Shown here in pieces: positions 1-11,900 of a stretch of 64,000 nt of DNA. The translations under genes were made by a program, and so were the position numbers. Each line of letters opens with the position of its first letter. Positions within the stretch are counted from its first letter, which is position 1. The notes under the pieces are model-generated. The model was not told the DNA's origin, did no database searches, and saw only the letters and a list, made by a program, of their open reading frames with translations. Source of the DNA: Cetorhinus maximus (taxonomy: Eukaryota); assembly GCF_964194155.1 (NCBI RefSeq), contig NC_135899.1, positions 70,990,001 through 71,054,000 on the forward strand. The letters are read 5' to 3'.

Positions 1-99
1 TTCACGATGGTGCAAACCTGATTTTTTGGTCTTCTCACCATACTGTCCACTCACACCTGCCATGATGCCCACTGCCAACAGGACCAGACGATTCCGCCC

Positions 100-330
100 A
101 CGGTGTGGGTGCTTGTACAGAAGATGCTCTCACAAACAGCTGTGGAGGCTGAATCATTGAATATATTCAAGCTTGATGTAGACAGATTTTTGAACGAGAA
201 GGGAGTCAAGGGTTATGGGAAACATGCAGGTAAGTGGGAGCTGAAACCAAAGATCAGATCAGCCTAATCTTGTTGAATGGTGGAGCAGGCTTGAGGGGCA
301 GTATGGCCTACTCTTGCTCCTATTTTTGTT
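100..330 (+). mobile_element. CR1 LINE 3' end fragment
   Basis: Same 3' tail (gatcagcc...gaatgg...ggcctactcttgctcctat) as the CR1 copies at 20.3 kb and 54.7 kb. Confidence 0.7.
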
Positions 331-399
331 TTTAAAAATTGTGAAGACCCTCTCTTATTCGATTAGGCTGTCTGCAAAAGCAGTATGTTCACAGGATTC

Positions 400-1540
400 T
401 GGCCAGGAATACCATTGGCTGGGAATCTCAGTTTTGCTAGGGCTCTTTGGTGACACCCGATCAAATGCAGCCTTCATGTCATGGGCAGTCACTCTCGCCT
501 CACCTCAGGAGTTTAGCTCTTTTGTCTATGCTTGAACCAAGGTTGTAATGAGGTCAGGAGCGCAGTGGCCCTGGCAGAACCCAAACTGAGCATCAGTGAG
601 CAGGCTATTGCTAAGCAGGTGCCACTTGATAGCACTGTTGATGACCCCTTCCATTACTTATGATCAAGAACAGACTGATTTACTTATGATCAAGAACAGA
701 CTGATGAAGCAGTAATTGGCCAGGTTGGATTTGTCCTGTTTTTTGTGCACAGGACATACCTGGGCAATTTTCCCACATAGCTGGGTAGATGCCAGTGCTG
801 TAGCTGTACTGAAACAGTTTGGCTAGGGGTGTGGCAAGTTCTGGAGCACAAGTCTTCAGTACTATTGCCAGAATATTGTCAAGGCCCATAGCCTTTGCAG
901 TATCCAGTGCCTTCAACCGTTTCTTTATATCACATGGGGTGAATCAAGTTGGCTGAAGACTGGCATCTGGGGACTTTCAGAGGCGGCAGAGATGGATCAA
1001 CCACTCAGCCTTTCTGGCTGAAGATTGTAGCAAATGCTTCAGCCTTATCTTTTGCACTCATGTGCTGGGCTCCTCCTTTATTGAGGATAGGGATATTTGT
1101 GGAGCCTCCTCCAATGAGTTAATTGTCCACCACCATTCACGACTGGATGTGGTAGGCCTACAGAGCTTAGATCTGATCCATTGGTTGTGGGATCGCTTAG
1201 CTCTGTCTATCACTTGCTGCTTATGCTGCGTTATAGCTTCACCAGGTTGACACCTCATTTTTAGGTATGCCTGCTACTACTTCTGGTATGCCCTCCTGCA
1301 CTCTGAACCAGGGTTGCTCCCCTGGCTTGAGTGGGGGATATGCCAGACCATGAGGTTAAGGTTACAGATTGTGTTAAGAGTACAATTCTGCTGCTGCTGA
1401 TGGCCCACAGTGCCTCATAGATGCCCAGTCTGGAGTTGCTAGATCTGTTCGAAATCAATTCTATTTAGCACGGTGGTAGTGCCACATAACACAATGGAAG
1501 GTATCCTCAATGTGAAGGCGGGACTTTGTCTCCACAATGA
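400..1540 (-). mobile_element. Degenerate non-LTR retrotransposon (LINE) RT fragment
   Basis: KALDTAKAMGLDNI...LKTCAPELATPLAKLFQYSY RT-proximal motif with frameshifts; homologous copies at 21.3-22.9 kb and 57.5-58.5 kb; contains a 26-bp tandem duplication at 654-705. Confidence 0.8.
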
Positions 1541-2804
1541 CAGCAAATCAGCGGCTCTCCTTGAACCACCATAACCCAGCCCTCTGGAACAACCCCACCC
1601 CGTAACGAGTATTCCTTAGGATAATGCTTTTCATCACCCTCTTTCATTTCTACTTGGTGGTTACTATTTACCCACCGTTCTGGAGTTTCTTTTAATGTCT
1701 CTATGAGGACTATAGAAAATGAATACTGTTAAGTGATATGGACTCCAGATAACCAACTGCAGCTTAAAGTACAGAAAGCATCAGTCTATGGTGTTTCTGG
1801 TACCATTTGAACTGTTGACAATATATAAAAGTAAAACTATTATATAAGGTATCAAAGACGAGATGTGGCAATACAGAGTCACCTTGGCAAGAACCTTGAT
1901 ATACAAAACTCAAATTCATAAAATAAAATCCAGATGGGAATGAGGTAGGCAGAGTGTGTACTGACAGTTGGAAATCAATAATGGGTAGGCACATGTTGGA
2001 AGCTGCAGAATATCAGCGGTATTATGGAAGTCTGTTAAAGGTATGAATCTAGTCACTCGGTCTTGAGAATATCTGCAAAAAGTGCTCAGGCCCCAATGTG
2101 AATATTCACAGTGACATTTCACACCACAAATATGTTTAATGATATTGCAAATTATGATATAATGAGTTTGGAGAAGAAATAATGATTGGCAAACTCCACA
2201 TAGGAAGCAAAGGCTCACTTACCAGGAGTGATCTCAGGTTCTCAGCACATGAGCAATAATCTAAAAAAACTGTTCCTTTTACCCAAATATAAAGAGCAGC
2301 AGTAAAAATGTAACATTCAAAATCCACACTGCTATTTCCCTATAATTAGCCTTTATTTCTTTGAACAGACAAGTTACAAGCCATAGAAACATTTAAATTC
2401 ACAAATCACCTTTATTGAATTCTGGAAAAACAAAGTGCACATCTACAAAACAAATGAAGGTATTTCTTTGCAGAAACAGAATAAAGTCCCACCTGAAATC
2501 TTGGGTAAATCGCCAGTATTTTACCTGCAAAATAGCAACTTATTTCAGAAGTATTACATTGGGCATGACATTATCACAGCCTAAATATTTGTTACAACTG
2601 TTAAACATGTTACACTACACATGCAGTTTAGTCCAATTACATTTTAAGTAAAAGTTTGGATCAAGCTAAAGCTAGTGCCTCACACGTCAAACTCTCAAGT
2701 GTGTTATCACAATGTTCTGCCTAACTATGCAGTTCTGGCAGGGTGATCAGAATAATTGGTCCTATGTACAAAAATATATTTTTTTTTCTCATTTCAAATG
2801 GTCC

Positions 2805-2951
2805 TCAACGAGCCTTTGTTTTATCCGCGTTCTTGTGGCCATTATGTACCAATACCCACTGTCCATAGGGGTTTCCTTTCCGCTTGTGTTCAGGAGACTC
2901 TTTAGCAGAAGCGTTTGATGTTTTTTGACTCAATGGTTTTGCCACTGTATT
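2805..2951 (-). CDS. RSRP1: RSRP1 last coding exon
   Basis: ttttgcag acceptor; NTVAKPLSQK...KGNPYGQWVLVH...KAR-stop. Confidence 0.88.
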   Translation of the reverse strand, partial: NTVAKPLSQKTSNASAKESPEHKRKGNPYGQWVLVHNGHKNADKTKAR

Positions 2952-5900
2952 CTGCAAAAGAATAAATTAAATAGGTAGCAGCTACCAAAAGCAACCATAA
3001 CTGCAAAGATTTATTTTTACCATTATTGATTAGAGTAATAATTTAAATCCACAGGTACATGGATTTGTCCTGTTTTTTGTGCACAGGACATACCTGGGCA
3101 ATTTTCCCACATAGCTGGGTAGATGCCAGTGCTGTAGCTGTACTGAGACAATTTGGCTAGGGGTGTGGCAAGTTCTGGAGCACAAGTCTTCAGTACTATT
3201 GCCAGAATATTGATTATTCCAGGTCAATCCTAACCAGAATTGGATCGAGGGTTAGCATTTCAGTGAGTTATATAGTATTACATTTTGCATCACAGCAAAA
3301 AGCACAGTACAAATTTGAAACCACCTCAAATAGGTAGTCTTGGATCACCTTTCATTGGTCAACTACACTATAATGTACTAAATACATAACCAAAACATTT
3401 CATACTTCAGGAACCAGTAAAAATCATAATGGTGTAAAAGCAGTAGATAGCATGTAAGTGCAGCATCAGAGCAGGATGAACAAATGCAAATTGTGCTTGG
3501 CAAGATGCTAAAAACTTTAAGCTAAGATTTACAACCACCCACTCAAAATTTAAAGGATGGCAAAGAGGGAAGGAATGCAATAACATTTTGTTTAAAAATT
3601 TTACTTACTTTAACACTGAAAGCTATCCAATGGTTTGTTTCTATCCTTGCAGTGGCACTTGGTAATTTCTGAATTGGTTCATCCTCTTCAGCTTCTTTTT
3701 TGTATTCCTGCACAAAAATACAAAAAAATCTACAAGTTAATCTTAAAAGTGGTCAATGTATTGTAAACTGTGACCCACAATCAGAGAGTCTCTTCAGGAT
3801 GAAGCATTTGTAGCACTGGTTGGACAGACCCAACATTTCAACACTGGCTTTTGAATAATAAATGTCACTATTGTTCTACCTGATGTGGTAGAATCTGCAG
3901 TAGAGTTGCTATTGTTCCTTGTGGCTTGGCACCATACCATTTCTGTATATTTGCACCAATACAGTCAACAGTTTAGAATACTTCAAACCTTATTTTAGCA
4001 TGCTGACCCAAGCAGATACGAGAATGAGACTTGGAATGTTAAAGTTCCAGAATATCTGATCCACTGATCAAAGCTTAATGGGCACCAATTACTTCAATGT
4101 AATCAATGAGTCAGATCAATGAATTACCACTGAACATGTTAGTTATTTCAGTGACAATTTCAACTTCAGAGCTCAAAATGCTTCTGAGCATTTTCAGTAA
4201 CATATTAATCACTACTACAAATGTAGAACTGAACGCAGCTGTGTTGATAAGGTATATTCTAGGCTATAAAAGCCAATAAACTTATCTTCAAAAACTGTTG
4301 GCCTCTTCTTCGGCAAAGATCTGATATTCAAAACTTCCTGGAACACAGTGAATAAGTTATGAGGACAAGAAAATCCTAGAACAAAGCTGTAAAGCATGGT
4401 CAATACTGAATCCAAAAGCTGCATTAGTCAAACCTTAACTTCATTTGCCTTGACCAGAAGAGCAAGTGCAAGAAATAAGAGCTTTTACATTAACTAATAA
4501 ATTAAAATATTTATCAATTTGAAAAACTGGCAGCAAACACCAAGAACTGATGCAAGTACATCAGTAATCTTTGTTCCGGATCATAAGGAATAGATTGTGA
4601 ACTAAATTCTGTCAGATGTAGAATTCTAGCAAAGCATAGAACAGTTATTTTGTTTTGCTTTCCTCTGCTTATTGAGTGCCAAGTGCGCTTTTGGACCCAG
4701 TATCAGACCAGCACTCCAAGGTCAAGTGCAATATTGGTGCATTTAAAGTGAAGTTCCCTCCATACTACCTCCAATATAGATTCACACCTCAACCTCAAAA
4801 AAGCACTAGAACACCACTAAACTTTCAATACCATTACATGATGCTAGAATTAAATAGTCAATCCAATACCAAATTGTGGGCACAGACCTGCTCAGAACAA
4901 AGAGTCAGGCAATCCTATTTGGCTTAAAGACAGACTGTCTGGGCTTTGTTTGAACACAGCACCAACAAAGTCCACATTTTAAACTTGAACTCCAACTGTT
5001 GGAGAAAGAGTCTGGTATGCTGTAGGCCATTTGTGCTGTGCTTTAATCATTAAGGCACAGCACACTGCCTAACTTGTGCAGTGTATTTGCAATGGACGCA
5101 AGTTTTTTTGACAATACTGGCTTTATTGATTTGTCATTTTTATGGAATCCTCAACACTTAAGATTCTATTACAAGTACCTAGAAAACCAATGGGGCGTTT
5201 CTTTTTAATTTGATTCCCAGTAATTAAAGTACCTTTGATAAGGTACCACAGGGTTAATTAGGCTTGTAACATAGGTCAGGGCATGTGGAATCACAAGACA
5301 CACAGGTAGATGAATAGCAAATTGGCTAAAAAAAATAGAAAGCAGAGACTAGGAGATAAGGGTATTATTCAGATTAGAGGACAGTAGAAAAAAAGTGATG
5401 TTCCACAGGATAAAGGCTGGACCACTTATTCATAACTATGATTTGTACTTAGGATCAAATAACTATTGAAATTTCAGATGATACCAAACTGGAGGGTATA
5501 ACTAACACGGAGGAAGAATGCAAGATAATATATGGATACATTAGAAAACTTGCAGGCTGGACAATGAAGTGGCAAAAGAACTTTAACAGATAATTGTGAG
5601 GTGACTTACTTTGGTAGGAAAAATAGAAAATCACCTACACCTTAGAAAATAAGAAACTAAATAGGGTAGAAGAACAAAGGGATCTAGAGATACAGATGAG
5701 CAATTCATTAAAAGCACCACAGGTCGGCAAAGTAATTGAAAATGCCAACAAAACAAAACAAACAAAACATTTCAAAGTGTACAGAATTCAAGAGTAATAT
5801 TAAGCTTGTATAGGACCCTGGTCAGGCCACATTTGGGAGTTCTGTGAACTGTTCTAGTCCCTATGCTATGAAAAGGACATAGAAGCAGTATAGTATAGAA

Positions 5901-8900
5901 AATATTGACAAGGATAGTACAAGATGAAGAAAATAGCTATTGGAAAATATTGAACAGGATGGGGCTTTTGTTCCCCCCGCAACCCCAGAAAAGACTTAGA
6001 AGTGATCTGATAAGAGGTTTTTAAAAATTATGAATGGATTGTACAGCTTAGATAGAGAGAATGCTTCCACTTACAAAATAATCCAAAACTGGGGGTCATA
6101 GATACAGGGCTGTTACTAATAAATTCAATAGGAAAAGGAGGAGAAAGCTTTACTCAGTGGCTTGAACGTGGAACTTGCTATCACAGGAGGTGATTAAGGC
6201 AAACCGATAACGACAAGAAACTAGACAAGTACACGAGAAAAGGGAATAGAAGAACGTGCTGAAAGGCGGACGTGAGGTAAATGGAATAGAGAAGACTCAT
6301 GGAGCATAAACACCAGCAGACGAGTTGGGCTAAACCACTATTTGAGCTTTATATTGTATATAATTAGCTACATTTCAATAAAAGTTCTGACAATTTATAG
6401 AGTTTGATGGTCCTGTATATATATTGGCTGTGGAGAATGGTTCACTTGTCCAAAAATTTATTATACTAAATATCTTTAAGAGTGCCAGAATAAAGATGCA
6501 TCATAACAAGTTTCCTTCATAAATAAGAGTCAATGCAGTATATCAAAGAACCAACATTTTGTCCTGCCTTGTCTTCGGAGTGGCAAGATACAGACCTAGC
6601 TTCCCCCATTCTCCTCAACTCCCCATTTTGACCATACTTCTACAAGTAGGTATCTTGGCATAGGTCACAGATCTCCCTGACCCAAAAAAAACAAAGTAGA
6701 AACTAGGGCAGTAAGAGTGGATTATGTACACTCGTTTATCCTTCCCCACCTTATGGTGGGCAAGCAACTGCAGGACTGCCCTGGCACAGAGCCACGTGGT
6801 TTATGGTTCACCCCTCAGTCACAGGACGTGTGGAAAATTAATGTATTCACAATGGTGACATTTCATCACAAAAATCTTAGAGCTTTCCCACTTAATATTT
6901 GGTAACGGATACACAGAGCCCCGGTTTCTTTTGTAACATGGGAGTTTTTGAAAGCCAATTGTTCCTTTAATCATACTACATTGGCCAAACTGCCCCCAAA
7001 CACTGCACACACGCAGATACAAAGATACCACCTCATATCTTCAAGAAGTGCAGTCCATTTCAAGGCTTCTATAAAACAGAAATAAATCAAGTCACGCAAA
7101 CCAATTTTAGTTTTTATAATATATATATGGGAAGTGTTTGAATGACATGTTGACAAGCAACAGCAGAGCTAAATTATTACTGTACATTACAATTTCTGAT
7201 AATACAAAGTACACAAAAAGTAATTAGCTATAAAGCACTTTGGGATATCCTGAGGTTGCAAAATGCACACTACAATTGCAAGTTTTCTTTTCCTTACAAT
7301 ATAAGACAACATGGAATAGCCTGTCAGTTCGTAGGAATGGCTACATGCTGCAATATCTTGCACAGTCGTGCACCATCAAAAACATTACTCTGAAAATAAA
7401 CTGACTATCAAAGAGTAATTTGGATATTAAACCAATGTAACAATGGTTGAGCTAGAAAAAGACTACAACTCAATTTATTCTACTTCACTGCAGGAACACC
7501 AGTCTGCAAGAGAGTGAGAAAACTGACAGCAGCCACTTTAATAAAAATCATAGACCTCAATGTGCAAGTGAGTGAGTGCTGAAATATTTAGATAAAAAGG
7601 ACCTTCTTCTACATTTAGACATGCTGTTTAGAACACATTTCATTACAGTATACAGAGTTCATTACTCACCTTTCTGGTCAATTCTTTTACTGCATCACTG
7701 TTAGTTTTCATTTCGAAAAGTCTCTCAATTTTAAGAGGACTGGCAGGCTTCAGACTGGGAAGTAAGCGGATGTTATCCTTTCCCAATAACTTATCAGCAT
7801 TTGCCGTTGCTATTTCAAGCAATTTTTTTTTCTCTGGGGTTAAAAAAAAACACAATGATTCACTCAATTTTAGGTTGCAACTCTTCAAAATTTTAGAAAA
7901 CTTAACTTGGATTAAGAATATAAGTGCTGATGGGCAATAACTACCACTTTACAAACAATCCAACTTCAAAAAGCTTAAAGCTATGGCATTTGTGCTCAAA
8001 TCTATGAATGGTGCTGCCACATCAAGAGACTGATATTGACTACACCGAAGATATTTAATCCAGTTTATCTTAAGAAATTATAAGTGTCATTTTCCTTGTG
8101 TTCAATGCACATCACTCCCATAAGTGAGCAGTCAGAGACCCTGTGACTTTAAACATAATACTGGATAATGGAAAATACCCAGGTCTTGGACAGAAACACT
8201 TGGTTGTGGTCTTCAGCTTAATGGATATATCACATGACCAAGTGCCATTTCTCCTTGGCTTTGAAAGTCAGGTGGCTTTGTGGTGGTATGTCACTGATCA
8301 TAAACTACGAAATGGCAACTGTACAGCAGACATACTAAAATAAAAAGGACTTCATTGTTCGAAGCAAAGAAATCACAGCATTTCCAGTGTTGAAACCCTA
8401 TATAAAATGGACCTGAACTAACTTCTGATCATAATTTTACATGGATGGCCACTGGTAACCTTTCACTGAGCCTCCTACCACTGATTTTCAGAAGGACTGC
8501 AGTCTGTTCAAAACACTTACATATTTGATTTCCTTTGTGTATCTCTTTTCCAAGTACACAATAATGGCAAACACCCACAAGACGATAGATAATTGTTAAG
8601 CTCCCCAAAACTTGCTTAAAAAAGTTTTTAATATTTAATAGTTTGTATCTGAGCAGCCAAGTAGAAATATATGCAAATTCATCACATTAAAATAAACCAA
8701 TATAGTCCACCACCTACCCAATAGCTGCTGGAAGAATCCAACTGTCATTTAATTTCAAACAGAGTTGCATTTCAAAATATTTACCACAATGTTTCCCTGG
8801 TATCTTAAAAGGTGCAATCCCAGAGGTTTGGAGGTCTGTAAACATTGTACCATTATTTAAAAAGGGTGCAAGTGATAGGCCAGAAAATTATAGGCCAGTT

Positions 8901-11900
8901 AGTCTGACTTCGGTGGTGGGTAAATTATTGGAAACAATTCTGAGACACAGGATAAACTATCACTTAGAAAGGTACAGATTGATCAGGGATAGTCAGCATG
9001 GTTTTGTTAGGGGAAGATTGTCTCTTACTAACTTATTAGAATCTTGAGTAAGTTACAAGGAGGATTATTGAGGGTTATGCAGTGGATGTTATCGACATGG
9101 ATTTCAGTAAGGCATATGACAAGGTCCCACGTGGCAGACTGGTCAGAAAAGTGAGATCTCATGGGATACAGGGGAAGGTGGCAGGTTGGATCCAAAATTG
9201 GCTCAGTGACAGGAAGCAAAGGGTAATGGTCGGTGGATGTTTTTGCGAATGGAAAACAGTTACCAGTGGTGTTCCACAGGGCTGAGTGTTGGGGCCCTTA
9301 TTGTCCGTTGTATATATTAATGATTTAGACTTAAATATGAGAGGCATGATTGGGAAATTTGCAGGTGACACAAAAATTGGCCATGTAGTTGATAGTGAAG
9401 AGGATAGCTGTCGATTCCAGAATTATTTCAATGGTTTGGTTGAGTGGGCAGAGAAGTGGCAAATGGAATTCCATCCACAAAAGTGCAAGGTAATGCATTT
9501 GGGGAAGGCAAATGAAGCAAGGGAATACTCAATAAACAGGAAGTTACTGAGAGGGGAAATTATTGAGGGGTTGAGAAGTGAGGAGTACATGTCCACAGGT
9601 CCTTGAAGGCAGTAGGACAGGTGAACAAGGTGGTCAAGAAAACATATGGAATGCTTTCCTTTATTGGGTGAAGTACTGAATACAAAAGCAGGGATGTAAT
9701 GATGGAACTGTATAAAACATTGGTTAGGCCACAGCTGGAATTTTGTGTAGTTGTGGTCACCACATTACAGAAAAGACATAATTGCTCTGGCGAAAGTGCA
9801 GGGGAGATTTACAAGAATGTTGTCAAGGCTTGAAAATTTCAGCTATGAGAGATTTGATAGGCTAGGGTTGTTTCCCTTAGAACAGAGGAGGCCAAGGGGT
9901 GACCGAATTGAGGTGTACAGAATTATGAAGTGTCCACATAGAGTAGACAGGAAAGACTTGTTTCCCCTAGTTGAAGGGTCAATTGCCAGGGGCACAGATT
10001 TAAGGTGATTGGTAGAACAATTAGAGGGTACATGAGGAAAAACCTTTTCACCCAGAGGGTGGTGGGCATCTGGAATTCACTGCCTAAGTTGGTGGTTAAG
10101 GCTAAAATGCTCAACTTATTTAAAAAAGGTACCTAGATCCGCATCTGAAGTTCTGTAACCTGCAAGGCTCCAGGTGCTGGAAAATGGGATTAAAATGAAC
10201 GGCTAGTTTTTTTTTCTCATTTTGGCTGACAGATACAAATGGGTTGAATGGCCCCTTTCTGACTGTAACATTTCTATGGTTCAATCTGTTTCCAAGGATT
10301 TTGTGCAGACTGGGCTTTTTGCTTCAGGGAAGTTTAAGATTTTAATCTCAAAGATAGCACAGTAAAAGGACAAAACAAAAAATTATAACCCCATAGACAA
10401 AATAGCCACATTTTAACAATACTTTAAGAGACCCATTTCATACAGAGCTGGTGTGACCAGATTTTGTCCCAATCTTTTAGAAAACACAAACTCTTACTTC
10501 TGTTCTCAAAGCATCTTACCTTTTTGCGTTAAGTGGATAGATCTGCCCCTCGATCTGCTACGGCTTCTTCTGTGAGATGGTGGTTGGGTTCTGCACATAA
10601 AGCCATTATGGCTTCTCTGAATTCTGGATGGAGACCTCGACCATGACCTGGAGCGGGATCTTCTGTACCTCAAGCTGGATCTTGACCTTCTGTATGATCT
10701 AGAAGGGGGCATGTAGCACCTAGATCTGGACCTGTATCTACTTGGTGGCTGATAAGACATTCGACATCCAGATCTTCGGTAACAAGACCTTGACCAGCTT
10801 CTAGACCGGGACCTTGAAGAGGTCCGCCTTGATCTTCTGCAGCTCCTCTTCAGTGAAGCATATCTGCCTCTTGAAGCTAAAGAGATATCATCTGAACTTG
10901 AACCATACCGTTCTGAAGACGACACTGAACCTGATCGGGAGCTGCCTGAAGATGACACTGAACTTGATCGAGAGCTGCCTGAAGATGACACAGATATCGA
11001 TCGAGAGCTACCTGAAGACGATGTTGAACTCGACCGCGAGCTGCTTGAAGAACATGCTGAACTTGACCAGGAGCTGTCTGAAGACGATACTGAACCTGAT
11101 CGAAAAGTGCTCGAAGATGAAACCGAACCTGATCGGGAACTGCCTGAAGATGACAGTGAACTCGATCGGGAGATTTTAGACTTCTTGATACCAAGTGTTC
11201 TGGAACGTGAGGTTCTCTCCTTTTCAGTCTTCTGAGAAGGACAACCAAGTCTCAATTCATCCACACCAACACCTACATTTTCAGTCTTCTGCTCCTGTGC
11301 ACATCCATCTGTTCCCCATTCCATTTCAATGTCTTTCTCAGACATCTGCTCCATTTCTGAATCTGATTTCAAAACATCATATCTTTGTTGCAAATTTGTT
11401 TTACCTAAAAGATCAATAATTACATTCACATGGCAGTGAACACAAACCTTGTTATCTATATTGAACACATACAGAATTACATAATCTAATCTAGTATATG
11501 GCATATTAATTGAATTTCAACTGCTGTTACTATTTTCCATTATTTTACACTAAAAGCTGAATTCAGTGGTTTAACACTAACCAAACATAGCAACATATCA
11601 GAGAATCTTAAGGCATTAGAAGGAGGCTATCCAGCCCATCATGATTGTGCTGACTCCTTGAAGGAGTTATTAGATTAGTTCCATTTCCTGACTCTTTCCC
11701 CATAACCCTACACATTTTTCATTTCCAAGCAAATATTCAATTCCCTTCTGAAATTTACTATTGAATCTGCTTCCACCAACCTTTCAGGCAGTGTATTCCA
11801 GACCATAACTCACTGTGCCCTTTGGTGGCTGACTCATTTGCCACAGGAAACAGTTTCTCTTTACTTACAAATACCAAAACCCCCAATTTTAAGCACCCCA

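Noticed and set aside
654-705. 26-bp direct repeat
   Set aside because: Simple tandem duplication within a decayed LINE.
8300-8530. Possible RSRP1 poison exon (strong minus-strand donor near 8520, acceptor near 8335)
   Set aside because: The donor and acceptor do not bracket an exon, and I found no convincing partner sites; RNA-seq is needed.
10814-11248. Alternative-frame and antisense ORFs with LKMTLNLIESC-like repeats (superficially LRR-like)
   Set aside because: By-products of the 33-nt repeat in the RSRP1 exon; no splice or start context.
11405-11504. N-terminus MPYTRLDY... of ORF 10506..11504
   Set aside because: Lies upstream of a clear acceptor at 11405-11406 whose phase matches exon 2, so it is intronic.
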